In this document: positions 1 through 13,710 of the stretch, in pieces
Numbering within the stretch: the stretch's first letter is position 1
Layout of the letters: each line of letters opens with the position of its first letter
Origin: the human T2T-CHM13v2.0 reference genome, Homo sapiens
DNA: 64,000 nucleotides
Reading direction: 5' to 3' (one strand)
Assembly (NCBI RefSeq): GCF_009914755.1
Contig: NC_060944.1
Made by a program: the position numbers and the translations under genes
The notes under the pieces: model-generated
The model's database searches: none
The model's input: only the letters and a program-made list of their open reading frames with translations
What the model was told of the DNA's origin: nothing

Positions 1-213
1 CCTAGCTGATGCTTCCCTTTCTAATTTCATACCTCTGACCTTTGGCTCATACTTGTCATGTATGCTTCTTATGCAGCAGCAAACTACTTCCTATTTTGAT
101 ATCTTCTTACCTTTAGGTCTTTGCTTATGTTGTTCTCATAGTCTGTGGGTTTTATCATTGTGCTTTGTGCATACTTCTGTTTTTCTGATCACACTGAGTT
201 GCAATTACTTTTT

Positions 214-507
<294 letters not shown>

Positions 508-1023
508 TGCAATTACTTTTTAAAATCTGTTGTCCCTACAAGCTTGTGAGTTCAGGGTGAGCTAGCACCAGGCTACATGGCTAGGAAGTATTTGATGGAA
601 AGAATGAATGTTTGCGTGAGACCACTACCGGAAAAGGGGCTGAAGCTGCATAAGTGGATAGCTGACCCACCCTCAGCGAGCTTTCCTCACATTGGGTGAA
701 TCATTCCCATGGAGGCACTGTGGACAGCAGCTCTCCCTGTGCACATGATTTTAATGCCACTTCACAGTGGTTCTTCCTCTGTCTTTTTGTGTTTTAAACC
801 TTTAGGAGACATCAGTGTCAACTCCAGGTGGGCTTCACAATACTCCAGGTAGCTTTGAGAGACAACGTAAGACATGCAAAGAGTGTGAAGACAAAGCTTT
901 GTGCCTCAAATGTCCTACTGTAAAGACCAGGGCAGGGGAGAATTTTTGAGAAATGAAGGACTGGTTCAAGGCACTGTCTTTTGCCCCAAGGCGGCATTAA
1001 CATTAATTTAGCATAATATAGAC

Positions 1024-1190
1024 CAGTTATTCTCAATCTTGCCTGCACATCAGTATCATCTGGGTTCCTCAAAAAATACCATTGTTGGTGTCCAGCCCCA
1101 AGAGCTATTGGTATAATTGGTCTTCCTGAGTTTCAGAATTTTTAAGTTTCCCACATGTTTCTGTTATGCATCCAACTTTGAGGACAACTG
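1024..1190. mobile_element. MER5-family hAT-Charlie element
   Basis: Imperfect terminal inverted repeats CAGTTATTCTCAA ... TTGAGGACAACTG; size and interior resemble MER5. Confidence 0.7.
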
Positions 1191-2884
1191 ATATAGAAAG
1201 TAGATTATAGATCTTCAAGTTAACATTTCCACAGTAATTTACTATTTTCCTTCTTGGTAATGTACTGTTACTTAATAATTTTATAATTTTTAGCATAAGT
1301 AATAAATTAGTACTTCTAACTTCATTCAAATTTATAATTGCATTAATTTAATTAATATGTAACTTTTTGGTAAATGACATTGTATAACCCCATTTTTTTT
1401 AATATCCTTCTCCCTCTTGGCCCTGAAACTCAGAAGAAATATCATCAAGAAGCAGCTGACCCGTCTTCATGTTGGTGGAAGTTGGAAGGAAGCCATTTTT
1501 TAGATAGTGTGCCCAGAAAGACACAAAATTAGAACTTTCCTTTTGGTTCCTGTTCTGCCTCCCGTTTCCAATACCCACAGTTCTGTTTGCCTAAGAGAAA
1601 AAGTAGGAGCATCCCCCATGATCCCAGAAAGTCCTTCTCAGAGGCTAATTGTTACTTTTTATGTTTTTTATTTGATAACCAATGTTATACTTGTTATGAA
1701 TGTGCTAGTTAGGAAGAAAAGTGAAAGAGCTGTCTAATTTATTCTACTCATCTTCCCTATTTGGTGGTTGGAATGAATTTTGGCATTATTTTAAATAGGA
1801 AAGCTAGAAATCGTAGTTTTATTCATTCCATGACACTGTATGTCAAGCACCAATTTTTTTTAAAGTTTATGAAAATTTGGGATCCAATGACTTTTGCCAT
1901 TGAGTAGGTAAGCACTGCTGTAGAATGGCTCCTTTTGGCAGAAGATAATAGCTTTCAAGGCAAGAATTATAATCATTTAAGCTGTAGAATTTTAGATTAC
2001 TATATTGTTTCATTTCAAGAGGGAATGTTAGGGTAGAAAGAAATGGTCAAAATGATATAGATAGTGCAACCCTCCCAACTTCTGCACAATGTGTGTGTAT
2101 ATATATTTATATACACACAAGGTTTTTATTTGTCAAGTATACCTCACTAGAGCCAAATATACAATTTAACTTTAACGATTATATAATTTTTATTTGTCAA
2201 GTATACCTTATTAACACTGAAAAAACAAACTAACCCCCAAACAAAGGCAAAAGAAACCAGAACAATTTGTACACCAAAAACAACTAAGGCTCAGAGTAAT
2301 TATTGAATTCATCGGTTGATCATTTTTTATGGAATATCCTGGGTCTGCCTCTCTTGGAAGTGCTGTGTTGGGTGTGAGGAATGAGGTGGTGAAATGATTT
2401 GCCCATGGAGACATATGAAGTTACAGCAGAGCCAGAACTACAAAGCACGACTTTGTTTCTTGAGGGTATTAATTTATAAGAAATTTCCAGGCTTGATTTT
2501 TCTAATTTCCCCACCTTGATTTTTTATAGGTATATCCTATAATGGGTTAAGAGGGTTTCCAATAGATGTTTATGCAAGGTTTGTGAGTTTTAAAATGATT
2601 GGTTATATTTATGCTGTCAAACCTAGAAAATTTGATTAAAATAATATCTAATAGCCATTTGGTTAATAAGTTAAATCTTTACTTTCTAAAATTTCTTTTT
2701 TCTATTGTATAGAAAAGCACATTTTGCTTTTCCTGAATTACCTATGTCTAAGAAAATCCTCTGAAGAATGGAGTTGTGCGTAAGTCCTAGTACTGGGACA
2801 CATAATTCATGTCCCTTTTACTGCTGTAAATTTTTAGCAAGCTTTTAGGTTGGACAAGAAACTTAGAGCTCCCCTTATCTAAGT

Positions 2885-3010
2885 TCATTTGACAGATGAG
2901 AAAATTGAGGCCTGGGGAGGTTGAATTATTTGATGAAGTTTACAGAGCTAGTCTGAAGCCAAGCTGGGGACTAGAAGTCAAAACTTTTTGACCCCAAGGT
3001 CGGTACATTT
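2885..3010 (-). mobile_element. MIR fragment
   Basis: MIR core CATTTGACAGATGAGAAAATTGAGGC. Confidence 0.7.
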
Positions 3011-3146
3011 TTACTTTAGTGCAGAGTAAAAACTGTAGGCAGCATTTCTTATACACATAAATGCACACACACACACACCCCACACACAATATCCTCACAC
3101 TCTAAAGTGAGTCTATTTTCAGAAGTGTGGGTTGTTAGTTATGCAT

Positions 3147-3570
3147 TGTCTTAGGTTGGCTTCTCCCAAAGCTGGTTTGAGTCAAGGATTGGAGTGCAAG
3201 TAGCTCACTTGGGAGGTGGTCCTGGGAAGCACCCGTAGGGGAGTGGAGGAAGTGAGATAAGGAAGGAAAGTCAGCCAGTACAGTGTGTGCCGATAAGCAG
3301 ATTCCACTGTGGGCAACTGAGGCTCCTCTGTGCTGGGGCCCTTTTGGAGACTGGGTAGAATATGCTTCCGAGTTGTCCCACAGGAAAGGCAGGCAAGGAG
3401 CTGGGCTATTTATTTACCAGCTCCTAGGTCACTGCTTGGGGGCTTTTCCTGGAAGCCTTACTCCTTGCACTTGTAGCTGAAAAGTCTACAAAAGAGGGTT
3501 TCAGTTCCTAGAGGAAGGCTTTTTAAGTGTGGTTGATAACTGAATCAGTGGGAATGTGGAGGGATTGGCA
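3147..3570 (-). mobile_element. Old ERVL LTR (LTR16-like)
   Basis: TGTCTTAGGTTGG...CAAGGATTGGAGTGCAAGTAG...GGGAGGTG terminus; same family recurs at ~60062. Confidence 0.6.
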
Positions 3571-3756
3571 GATCACTGGCAACTTCTGTGTGCACTCAGA
3601 AAGAATTGCAAATGGGTGTAAGTGCATATTCTACACACAGTCGATTCCAATATGACAAACACCTTGTCTTTGCTCTTTCCTCTTTCCATCATATACTTAC
3701 TGCTTTCATATGGGAAGGATAGAGCTGAGAAATAAATATTGAAACTGATACCATCA

Positions 3757-4215
3757 GTGTTGGATATTCTGTTTGCCCCTTGAGAGTCACTCTTCACTTT
3801 CTCCAGCCTACTCTCCTGAGGCTGGGCATTAATTGCAACATTGGTGAGCTTCCTTGCCCTCTGGCTTTAGAATGGGTTCAGGCAGTGGGAGCTTCTAGAG
3901 GAGACTGGAGGGAGGAGAACTGTGAGGTCAGTTGCTTAAGAGACTCCCGGGTCTCTTCTTGCCAACATGCTGTTGGTTGACTCTGTCCCCCTCCTAGAAG
4001 CCACAGTCGACCAGGAAGATCTCTTCTGTCGTTCTAATACTATTCTTGGTTTCTGTAGCTCTGTCCTCTTACTCCTTCAGGCCTAGGACACGTCATATTC
4101 CCTGCATGGTTTCCCTAATCCCTGCCCACACCTGGTAAATAACCTCTTATTAAACTCCCTTGTTGCCCCGTTTGAGTGTTCCATCTGTTTCCTGCTGGGA
4201 CCCTGACCGAGGTAA
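3757..4215 (+). mobile_element. ERVL LTR (LTR33-like)
   Basis: CCTTGCCCTCTGGCT core and 3' end GAGTGTTCCATCTGTTTCCTGCTGGGACCCTGAC. Confidence 0.65.
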
Positions 4216-6142
4216 CATCTTTGAGGCATTTACTCTCTAGACAGAATCAGATGAAATGAAACAGCTAGAGATGTTATGAAGGTATAAGATAATGAGGCAT
4301 AAATCGTACTCAAGCCCTAAGGACACTCAGCATGTAGGATCCATTAACAAAGAAGGGTTACTTACTAAAGAAGATGTTTTTTGGAGGGGTGCCTTAGGTT
4401 GTAATTGGTAATCTGTTTTTCTCCTGCTCTGTGGGAAGCTCTGTTTAGGTAGTGAATTGAAAATTGGATTCTGCCTTATTACCATGTATGCAGTTAATTA
4501 TAATGTATTTAACTCTATAAAATGGAAAATTTGTAATTCAAAGAAATAGAAGGGTGAAATGGATCTATCCATCTGGAAATTTCAGAGATTTCTCTCATGT
4601 GTGCTAATTTTAGATAAGTAAGTATTTTCCCCTTAATTCCTTATGTTTCTCATCCCTTTAATGGGTTATAATTTATTTTTCTCAAGTTTTTTTTTTTTTT
4701 TTAAGTTGGTGTGAAAGGCATTTCAAGCTGCTTAGAATAAGGGGCTAGCAACAGAAAACACCCATTCTGTATGTATTTACAGAGGGCCTCTTGTGATTCA
4801 GGCACTTTGCTTAAGTACCATTAACTCAATAATGAATGATATTTGATCATTGCTTTCAAGGAAATCACAATGTAGTTTGGAAAATAGAAGCCCAAACAAA
4901 TACTTGTGACAAATATTTTTAAGTGTTATAAGTATGTAGAGAATTTTACGTGCATATAAATGAGGATTTATAAGTAAGTCTGTCAAGAAAAGGCAGAGAG
5001 GTTAGTGAATGACAGAAATGTTTCATAGAGCAAGTGACATTGAGTTGGGTCTTGAAGGATGATAATGAACGTATCAGGAAGATAAGAGGAGGAATGGCAT
5101 GAAGGAAGGTGTGCATTTCCTGGTGGCTTGAAGATTCAGTGAGAAATATGATTTGGGAGAAATGTTGGTGGCCTTTGGAGAAATGCCTGGACTTCGGCCA
5201 TAGGATAGAATGGTAATCTGATTCTTAATATGCATCATCACTTAAAATAATATAGACTAAAAATATTAGTTAAAATATACTCTAAAAATATTAGGGGAGT
5301 GTAAACAAAACAAAAATAATATCTTTGGGGATCTTTAGACATTTAGTGGGAAATATATTGCTAGATATCATATAGCACATGTTTTAAATACTGAAAAATG
5401 TATGATTTTAATTCAGGAGCATCTCAAAACAGGGAGAAGACCCACTGGTATCTTCTGTCACTACACAGCTTTGCTCAGATTTGTGTGCACTTATACTAAA
5501 TTTGCCATTACACAATTACCTTCTATCACCATAGAATTACCTAAAATATGAAAATATGATGGGTTGCTTGGAAATATGGTGGATTGCCTTTTCTATTTCT
5601 AATGATTATATTAGCATCCATACTTCACAATCACCTGTTTAGCAGAACATATCTGGATACACCAACCATAAGAGATATTTGTGCCTTATTCCTTCTAATT
5701 ATTCTAGTCCCTAAAGCTTAAGGGGTCAGCAGTCTTGATGTTATAAGGTGGGCTAATTGATGAAGACTGTCTTATCATTACAACAGTTATAGATGCAATG
5801 AATTTTTGAGTGCTGCTTACTAAGTAGGAAACTGATAAACAAGAATTCCACTCCAGAGGCATGAGCAAAATGGTAACTATAGTACATGGGTATTATAGTC
5901 AAAGCCTTTGTAAATGGAAACCCCTTAAAATGGTCATGTTAAAGGTCATTATATTGTCTAGAAACTTGAGGTCTCATGAAGTACAGGGAGAGGAACAAAG
6001 TCCAGTCAGGTATCATGGAACTATTAATAGAATGCCAACGTCCAGAATTAAGCTTATACTCCCTGTCATGCAGAGAATGTCTTCTTGTCTATCTGTTTTA
6101 TTCTTTCCTTATCTTGTTTGCTAACCATGTTCTATCTATATT

Positions 6143-6650
6143 CTGTTTTAGTTATCTCTTGCTTTTTAACAAACCACTCCAAAACTTACTGGCTTAAAAC
6201 AACCACCACCATTTAGTGCCTTTCATGAGTCTGGGTGGTAACTGGGCTCAGCTGGGCAGTTCTTCTGTTTCATGTGGTGTTGGCTGGGGCTCAAATTCTC
6301 TGGGGGTTCATATGAGCTGGAATGCTCAAGAGGACTCACTCACATGGTTAGTAGTTGATGTGTTTATTGGATGGGAGTTCAGCTAGGATGCCAGCTGGAA
6401 CATCTCAGTTCTGTTCCATGTAGTTTCTTTCCATGTGGCTTGGGCTTCTCACAGTGAGGGAGCTGGCTTCCAAGAGGGAGCTTATAGATGTGCAAAAGTG
6501 GAAGTTGCCAGTTCCCTTAAGTCAAGGGCTCAGAAGTCCTGGGTGACCACTCCCAGTGCATTCTGTCAAAGCAGTCACAGGGCCAGCTTCCAGGAGAGAG
6601 GAAATAGACTTGACTTCCCAGCAGGAGGAGTGACAAACCATTTAAAACCA
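6143..6650 (-). mobile_element. MLT1-family MaLR LTR
   Basis: TTAGTTATCTCTTGC...AACAAACCACTCCAAAACTTACTGGCTTAAAACAAC matches the MLT1 3' end in reverse. Confidence 0.75.
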
Positions 6651-7049
6651 CATTTTTTTTTTGCAGAAGGCCCAACATGTTCCACGTGTCACCAGCCACC
6701 ACTATTCACGGAAACTTTCATAAGTGTTCGTCATGAATTGCCTATAGCCTCTGTGTCTCTTAGTTCAAATGCTCCCAAGGGACATTCATATTGGTTGCTG
6801 ACCATCCAGTCACCTGTGGTTGACAGGGCCAAGTCTTGTGCTATTAAAGATTTTCTTTGAAGGGGCTGAGGTGGGATTAGTGCTCTGAAGATTATTTGAG
6901 AGAATGCTCTGTGCCTGGCCGTTCCTCTGAGGCTTGAGATAACTTTTCTTTCCATGGTCCAGAGAGCTCTGCCTGACACTTGCCTTCTAACTTTTTCTGG
7001 AGTAATTCTCTCCCTCATTTTTCAGCTTTGCTTTTTTGTTTTAAGTTTG

Positions 7050-7400
7050 TCTAATATGCGTCTTTCCTTTCTGCTCTGTGTCCCTGAGACAAGAAGGCTG
7101 TCTCCTCTCTCCCGGTCCCTATCTGTCAGCTAACTTCTAACCTGCTCTTCAGATCTCAGCTCAAATATCACTTCCTGAGGGGAGCATGGAACACCCTGGA
7201 TTAAGCCACATCCCCTGTCCGTCTCCTTTTCCCTCATCTTGCTATCACACTTTGTAACCTTATACCAGTGTGGCTACTTGATTATGATCTGCCTCCCACT
7301 GAAGGCTCTAGAAGGCAGAGGAATGTGTCTGTCTTCCTCAGGGCTGCAGTGGCCATGCATTGCTCCTGTTAGGTACTGATAAGTGCTTGCTATTTGCATG
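7050..7400 (+). mobile_element. L2 3' fragment
   Basis: TCTCAGCTCAAATATCACTTCCT and L2 tail-like motifs. Confidence 0.6.
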
Positions 7401-7417
7401 ATTTAAAAATTGGAAGT

Positions 7418-7817
7418 TGAGATGGTTTGGTCATTTGTCCCTTCCAAATCTCAAGTTGAAATATGATCCCGAATGTTGGAGGGGGGGCCTGGTGGGAGGT
7501 ATTTGGGTCATGGGAGCAGATCGCTCATGACTGTCTCGGTGCCCTCCCCGTAGTAATGAGTGAGTTCTTGTTCTATTAATTCACGTGAGAGCTGGTGGTT
7601 TAAAAGAGCCTGGCATCTCTCTTGCTCCCTCTCTTCCCATGTGATATGCCTGCTCCCCCTTCGCCTTCCACCATGAGTAAAAGCTTCCTGAGACCTCACC
7701 AGAAGCTGGTGCCATGTTTATACAGCCTGCGGAACCGTGAACTAAGTAAACCATCTTTCTTTATAAATTACTCTGTCTCAGGTTTTCCTTTATAGCAATG
7801 CAAAATGGACTAACACA
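7418..7817 (+). mobile_element. MST-family (MSTA/MSTB-like) solo LTR
   Basis: TGAGATGGTTTGG...GGACTAACACA termini; TSD GAAGT/GAGGT. Confidence 0.9.
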
Positions 7818-8539
7818 GAGGTAGTTGCCCTGAAGAAGAAAGGACCAAGGGGAGAGAATATTTATCTTGATGAAAGAAGTTAAGACTAGCCTCGTTTCAG
7901 GGAATATAAGGACATAGTTTATTGGGGACTGCCGCTCATCCCCATTGGTGATACCATGTGAATCAGTGAAGTCCTATTGTTAAGGGTAGAGGCTGCATGT
8001 TAGTTTGAAATGTAGCAAGAGTTCCTGCCCAGAGATGGTCCATAAGTGCCTGATTAAAAGCCAACTTTTTCTTTTCTTTATGCTTCTACCACCATGGGGC
8101 CCTAAATCTGTACTCAGAGATCTCAGTGATGGCTGAACTTTGTGACCATTGGGCCAGAACTACTCATTCCATTCCTATTTGTTCTCCCATGAAGCCAGTA
8201 TCTTGTTTGGCTGCAAGCCAAAAAGATTGGTTAGATTACAGCTTGGGATATGACGGATGCACCTCTGAGCATAATCTCCATGAGATAACCCTAACCAAAA
8301 CTTTTTGTCCAGTTCTTCTGTGGCATGCTATTTATCTAAAAAGAAAGTTAGTAAGTTAGTAAAAGAATCAAAATGCCAGATGGGAAACATAAAGATGGAG
8401 AAGGAAATAACTGAGATTTTGTTTTATTTAAAGATTCTACACTCTTTGCATGCTAGGATTTTTCAATCCCCACTTTTAGATTGAGATAAAGATGGGGGCA
8501 ATCTTGTTTAAGTTCACTTAATTTCCCTGAAATAATTTA

Positions 8540-9290
8540 ATGCTGTAAATATGTACTGAACACTCCATATGTATCTCCGTGGAGGGTGTAAAGACACATA
8601 CAAGTTGGTATATAATCTTGAAATTTATACCTACCCAGGAATTATGGCATGCGTATATGACATGAGGTCCCAGTGCAACAATCAGATAAGAAGGGAATAA
8701 TAGGAATTAAATGGGGGATGGAGTAGTCAGGAGTGTTTTTATAGAAAGGCTAGACATTGAGCTGAATCTCCATGGATGAGTAGATTTAGGAAAAGTTGCC
8801 TAGAAAGTAGAGGGAGAGGGCATTCTAGGCTGTGAAAGCCCCATGTCTGAAAGTTAAAGTGTGAGAAGGAGCAGGAATGCCCTTTCACACACCAAAGGCA
8901 GTGAAGGTATACAGGGTAGGGGTGGGAGGTTAGGGAGTGGAGGGCTATGGCAAGCCACTGAGTGAGATCCTTGGAGGCCAGGTGCAGAGGTGGAATGCTT
9001 GCAAGCAGAGGAAGTCATATCATAAAACCTGTGATTTGGAACATTATTTCCTTTGCAGTTGGTGAGGTAGTTTTGATGAGGAAGAGGCTGGAGCCAGAGA
9101 CACCTCCTGGGAGATGTTGTGGTCAGCACCACAAGGGTGGTGATAGAAATTAAGAGAGAGGGAAGTGCACAAAATGGGTTCAGAGGAAGAATGGGTGGAT
9201 TTTCATGTCTGGATTCATAGTGAGGAATACAAAGAAGGAAGAAATAAAGGGATCTTGAATCTGGGAAAATTATTTCCATGATCACCAGTA
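8540..9290 (-). mobile_element. Degenerate L2
   Basis: Purine-rich L2 reverse-strand motifs such as TTGAGCTGAATCT and GGCATTCTAGGC. Confidence 0.5.
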
Positions 9291-9499
9291 CAAAGATTGG
9301 AAATGGATGGTCACGCCAAGGTTGTGTGGACCAGAGGAATGGAATAGCTTATAAGCAATGTTAAATAACTGTGGGTTGGTTGAAAGATAAAGGCTGGAGG
9401 TGCAAATGAGTGCATCATTAGATGCTGTTGGATTAAATAAATCCAATGAACACAAACTTGGGAGTTTTACTAGGCATTTTAAGCAGGGAAGTGAAAAAA

Positions 9500-10288
9500 G
9501 AATGTCCCATATCTTCAGATACTGACATCTAATTCAACAGTAAATTATGTTGTTCTACATTCACAACATATCCCAAATTTAAGCAGTTTGTATTGCTGGT
9601 ATCACTACCTTCTGGTCCAGTCATCACCCTTCTTCACCTGGATTCTGCAGTAGCCTTGGAGCTTGTCTGTTCCTGCTTGAGCCCTTGCCCATCTGCAGTC
9701 TGTTCTCAACACAGCAGCCCAAATGATGCTCTGAAATAGATATCAGATCACGTTGCCCTGCTCCTAGTCTAAATGGTTTCCCACCTCATTCAGAGAGTAA
9801 GCCAAAGCACTCACAAGGGCCCCAAGGGCCTGGCACGATCCCTTCCTCTTGATCTCTGACTTCATCTGTTACTACCTTCTCCTTTGTTCACTCCATGTTG
9901 GCTTACCTTGCCAACTGCTTTTCCTTACACACACTGGGCATGGCTGCCCCAGGGCCTTTGCACGTTCTCCCTCTGCCTGGAAACTTCTTTACAATATCTG
10001 CAGGACTTGTTCCTCACCTCCTTCAAATCTTTGCCAATTGGGGCCTTTCTTTTAGTGTTGCCATCCCTGTGACTTGTACCTGTCCCTTTCCTTACTTTAG
10101 TCTTTTTCCTCCATAACCTTTAGTGTCTTCTAATATCTAGACCATTGGCTGACTCGTTTGTTGTCAATCTCCCTCTTTAAAATTGAAGTTCCATGACAGC
10201 AGAGATTTCTGTCTGTATCATGCATGGACATCTTCAATGCCTAGAACAGTGCAGGTACTTAGTAGTAAACATTTGTTGAGTGAATGAA
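9500..10288 (+). mobile_element. L2 (L2a-like) 3' portion
   Basis: TCTGTTCTCAACACAGCAGCC...CAGATCACGT; ends GCCTAGAACAGTGC...TTTGTTGAGTGAATGAA. Confidence 0.8.
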
Positions 10289-11473
10289 ACAAATGCTGTT
10301 AGAAACTTCTTTTTGAGTGGAATTTTGATTTCCTTGAGATCAGCTGTCAATAATTTCTATCTTTATATTCAGGCATAGTCAGTGCTCAGTAAATGTTGAA
10401 TAAGCAAATAGAACCTGAAATATAAAATCCTAACATTTCACATTAGCTAGTTCCAGAAAGTTTCAGTACTAAATGTAACATTTAAAAAACGGTGGAGGGG
10501 AGGGATGGTGGAAGGATAGTTTTGGTGCATTTAGCTTAGCCTCCACTTTCGACTTCAGAATTCACATTGCAGTTTGGCAATTCTTTCATTATTACTATGA
10601 TTATTAATTGGATGCTATTTAAAAATTTGGCTTTTAAACTCTCAGCTGATGTTTTAGGAGATTATACTATACAGGGTACAGAAATTGCTGGGGCTGACTG
10701 TAACTATTCATGGCCAATTAAGGAACAGCATTGGCAAGAAATGCAGGGTGGATACACTTGTGCTTTGTGGGAATCCTGGTGGCTATGGCTTCATAGTATC
10801 AGGGGACTAGCTTGCTGGGCTTCCTTCTGCAAAAGGGATCTTAATTTGGTTACCTGGTGGATGCTTTTATAAATGAGAAGAATAAACAGTCTTGAGGGAC
10901 TTAACTTTGTTGGAGAGTTAAAGGGAGAAAGAAAAGAACAAAGTGAAGAAATTACTCTTTATTTGGGAGCATTTCCTTGAGAAGTCTTTCTGAAGTTTGC
11001 TTTTAGTTTTATTTGGTATCACTTTTATCTTTTCCCAGGGGATGCAGATGTGTTTTGAAATAACGCATGCAGAAAAAACAAGCTGTAGGAGGCAGAAATA
11101 AATTCTTGAAAGTTTAGTAAGTTTCTGAAGGACAGAACTGCTTGGAGAAGCTGGGCTGTACCACATCTTTAAGGTTGATGTCTGGGAGAACCAACTACTG
11201 TGTTTCCTGGTATGACCATTGATGTGTTTGTTGATAGATACAACTAATGGCTAGGTTCTTGCTTGTACTTTTATGTGGGACTTTTTAAAAGAGTTCAAAC
11301 AATAGGGAAATATGACACAAAGGAACCTGAAAAACATAAGCAGCAGATTACACCTTTGCTTAACTTTAAGGTTAAAACAATCCATAGAAAATTGTTTTGG
11401 ATTTTTCTAGCTAGTGAAAATACTATACAGCCCTTTGCAGATATAGTGTCTAAGGGGTTTAAAGAAAGTTAAA

Positions 11474-11571
11474 GGCTGGTGTGGTGGCTCAGGAGTCCAA
11501 GGCTGGAGGATTGCTTAAGCCCAGGAGTTCAAGACCAGCTTGAGCAACAAAATGAGACCTAATCTCTACAA
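11474..11571 (+). mobile_element. Alu left monomer (FLAM-like) with internal deletion
   Basis: GGCTGGTGTGGTGGCTCA...GGATTGCTTAAGCCCAGGAGTTCAAGACCAGC. Confidence 0.8.
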
Positions 11572-11731
11572 AAGAAAAAAAGAAAAGAAGAAGAAGGAAG
11601 AAGGAGGAGGAGGAGGGGGAAGGAGGGGGAGGAGGGGAAGGAGGAGAAGAAGGGGAAGAAGGGGAAGGAGGGGAAGGAGGGGAAGGAGGGGAATGAGGGG
11701 GAGGAGGGGTAGGAGGAGAAGGAGAAGGAAG
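11572..11731 (+). repeat. GA-rich polypurine tract (expanded Alu tail)
   Basis: ~160 nt almost purine-only, with GGGGAAGGA 9-mer periodicity. Confidence 0.95.
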
Positions 11732-12559
11732 TTCAAATAAAATTAAGTCCCAGAGAACAAGGCCATACACATACGCAGCCAAAAGATCATTCATGTAACA
11801 TTGCCTAAGACTTCTCCATGGTGTCAGTTAGGAGGATGTTTAAAATCAGTGGCAGAGCTATTTTCCTAGCTCTGCCTAAAAGTGCCAGAGGTATATTGTG
11901 TTTTCAGTCTGGGATCCAAAGCCATGTGAGAAGAAACATCAGAGATGAAGGCTTTTTTGGTTTTAAACCATCTTAGCTGTGTTTGCACTCATTTCTGTCC
12001 TCATTAAAGAGGACAACTGGGGTAACTGAGATAGTGAAATGTATCCAAGGTGAAAGTGAGTGAAAACAAAAATATTTCTCCAGTATGTTTTTGTGATGAG
12101 AAGCAGGAAATCTGAACCACTGAGCTCTTAAGAAAGTCCTTCACTGCACCTTTGTTTCCTGTGTCAAAGAGGCCACATTCATTACATAGCACAATTCTTG
12201 GAGTGAATCCTTCACTCTCAACAAATGAGTTAAAATGTTTTTCTCTAAAAAATAAAAGATGCATCTTCAGCAAATTTTATTTTTATTAGGAAAAGCCACT
12301 ACTGCATCCTACTTTTATTCTGGGTGTGTTTTATATTTTTGACAAGTGCTCTCACATCAAAAAAATGTGTCTACATTAATTCAAAATTCATAATGATCAC
12401 TCTTATCCTGCTGATACAATTATCAAGGTTCTTTTTTTTTTTTGGTCTTCTTTCCCCTGCTGTTGCCTAGTGTTTGTAATTATCTTTTCTTGAGGTTGGG
12501 CAGGGGAGAGGATAGGGAGAGAATGTTCAGCAAAAATCAGTCATATATTTAGTGTGGCT

Positions 12560-12930
12560 TCCCATTCGTTCATTTCATCTTCCATCTATCCATTTATCTT
12601 TCCATTCACGCACCCAACCATGCAATATTCATTGATCATCTGTGAGCCACCTAAATTGGAATAGCAAGGATCTCTCCTATCAAAGAGTCTAGAATAAATG
12701 CCAGGCATTTACAGTGGGAAAATGTTAATATCAGGTAAATTCTGTCTTGGGGAGAGGTCTTGTGACCTGTTTTTGGGGGTTTTAGGGAAAGCTTCCAGGA
12801 AGCAGTACTGTCTCAACTGATACATAAAGGGCAAATTGAAGTTAGCTGGAAGAACTGCATGTTTGGGCTAGAGTGTGGTTAAGCAATGAGGAAGAATTTC
12901 CAGCAGAAGAAACTCCATGTTCTAGAGGTC
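12560..12930 (-). mobile_element. Degenerate L2 3' end
   Basis: CATTCGTTCATT/CCAT-rich tail followed by GGGAAAGCTTCCAGGAAG. Confidence 0.5.
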
Positions 12931-13386
12931 ATATTTTATGTGAGGGTTGTATTTCTAAAGTTCTTGCAAATTTGGAACTCCCATGATTCAAAATAATTCT
13001 GTCAAAAGATGGTGGATATTTTCATTTACCAGCTAACATGGCCCTGTGGCCACTCTGTAAACAGAGTTTAGAGTTTCCTCTGCCCCAGCCAGCATCAAAA
13101 CTACAATTCTTGAAGAATTGTTTCGGTGGGGGTGCCTACATAGATCCAAATTAATGTGAGACAATATTAGTGCTTTTGTATCACCTTATTTCAAAGCTGC
13201 ATGATTCAGGTTCACCTCAAATATGACCAAACTCTGGAGTTTCAGAGCAGTAGCTCATGGCCCATTTGATGGTATTAAAAGTAGATCAGGATGGATAGCA
13301 TGTACACACAAGACTAGGGGTGAGGGAGAAAGGAGATAAAATGGATAAGGAATCAGGGACCAGGTCAGTGAAGGCTTGTAAACTGT

Positions 13387-13710
13387 GTTAAAAGGTAAAA
13401 TAGTCACATTAACATTTTAAAGAATTTATTCGTGTAGATAGTAATTCATGAATTGGGCAGCATCAGGTAGTAAGTGGTTCAGGGCTCCGCTGAAAGGGCA
13501 CAAGGGGAACATTTTTATAAGGTGTTCTAGGAAGCAAGACAAAAGTATTTGGTTAAAGTGGAAAGTCCCTAGTTAGAGGTTAATTGGTAGTTTCTGACTC
13601 TTTACATGGTATTTTGACTCACATTGATTAGGTTTTGGTTTACTTACTTAGGAACCCAAGGTGCCGGAGCCATCTCAGCCTGATGGCTTCTCAGTTAGTT
13701 TTTAAAAGCA
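13387..13710 (-). mobile_element. ERV1 MER4-group solo LTR (MER31/MER93-like), interrupting an L2
   Basis: TGTTAAAAGG...ATTCATGAATTGGGCAGC...AAAAGCA; L2-like sequence resumes on both sides. Confidence 0.55.

Noticed and set aside
11540-11740. Protamine-like Arg/Gly-rich ORF (and the Pro/Ser-rich antisense ORF)
   Set aside because: Read-through of an Alu monomer into a GA-rich low-complexity tail
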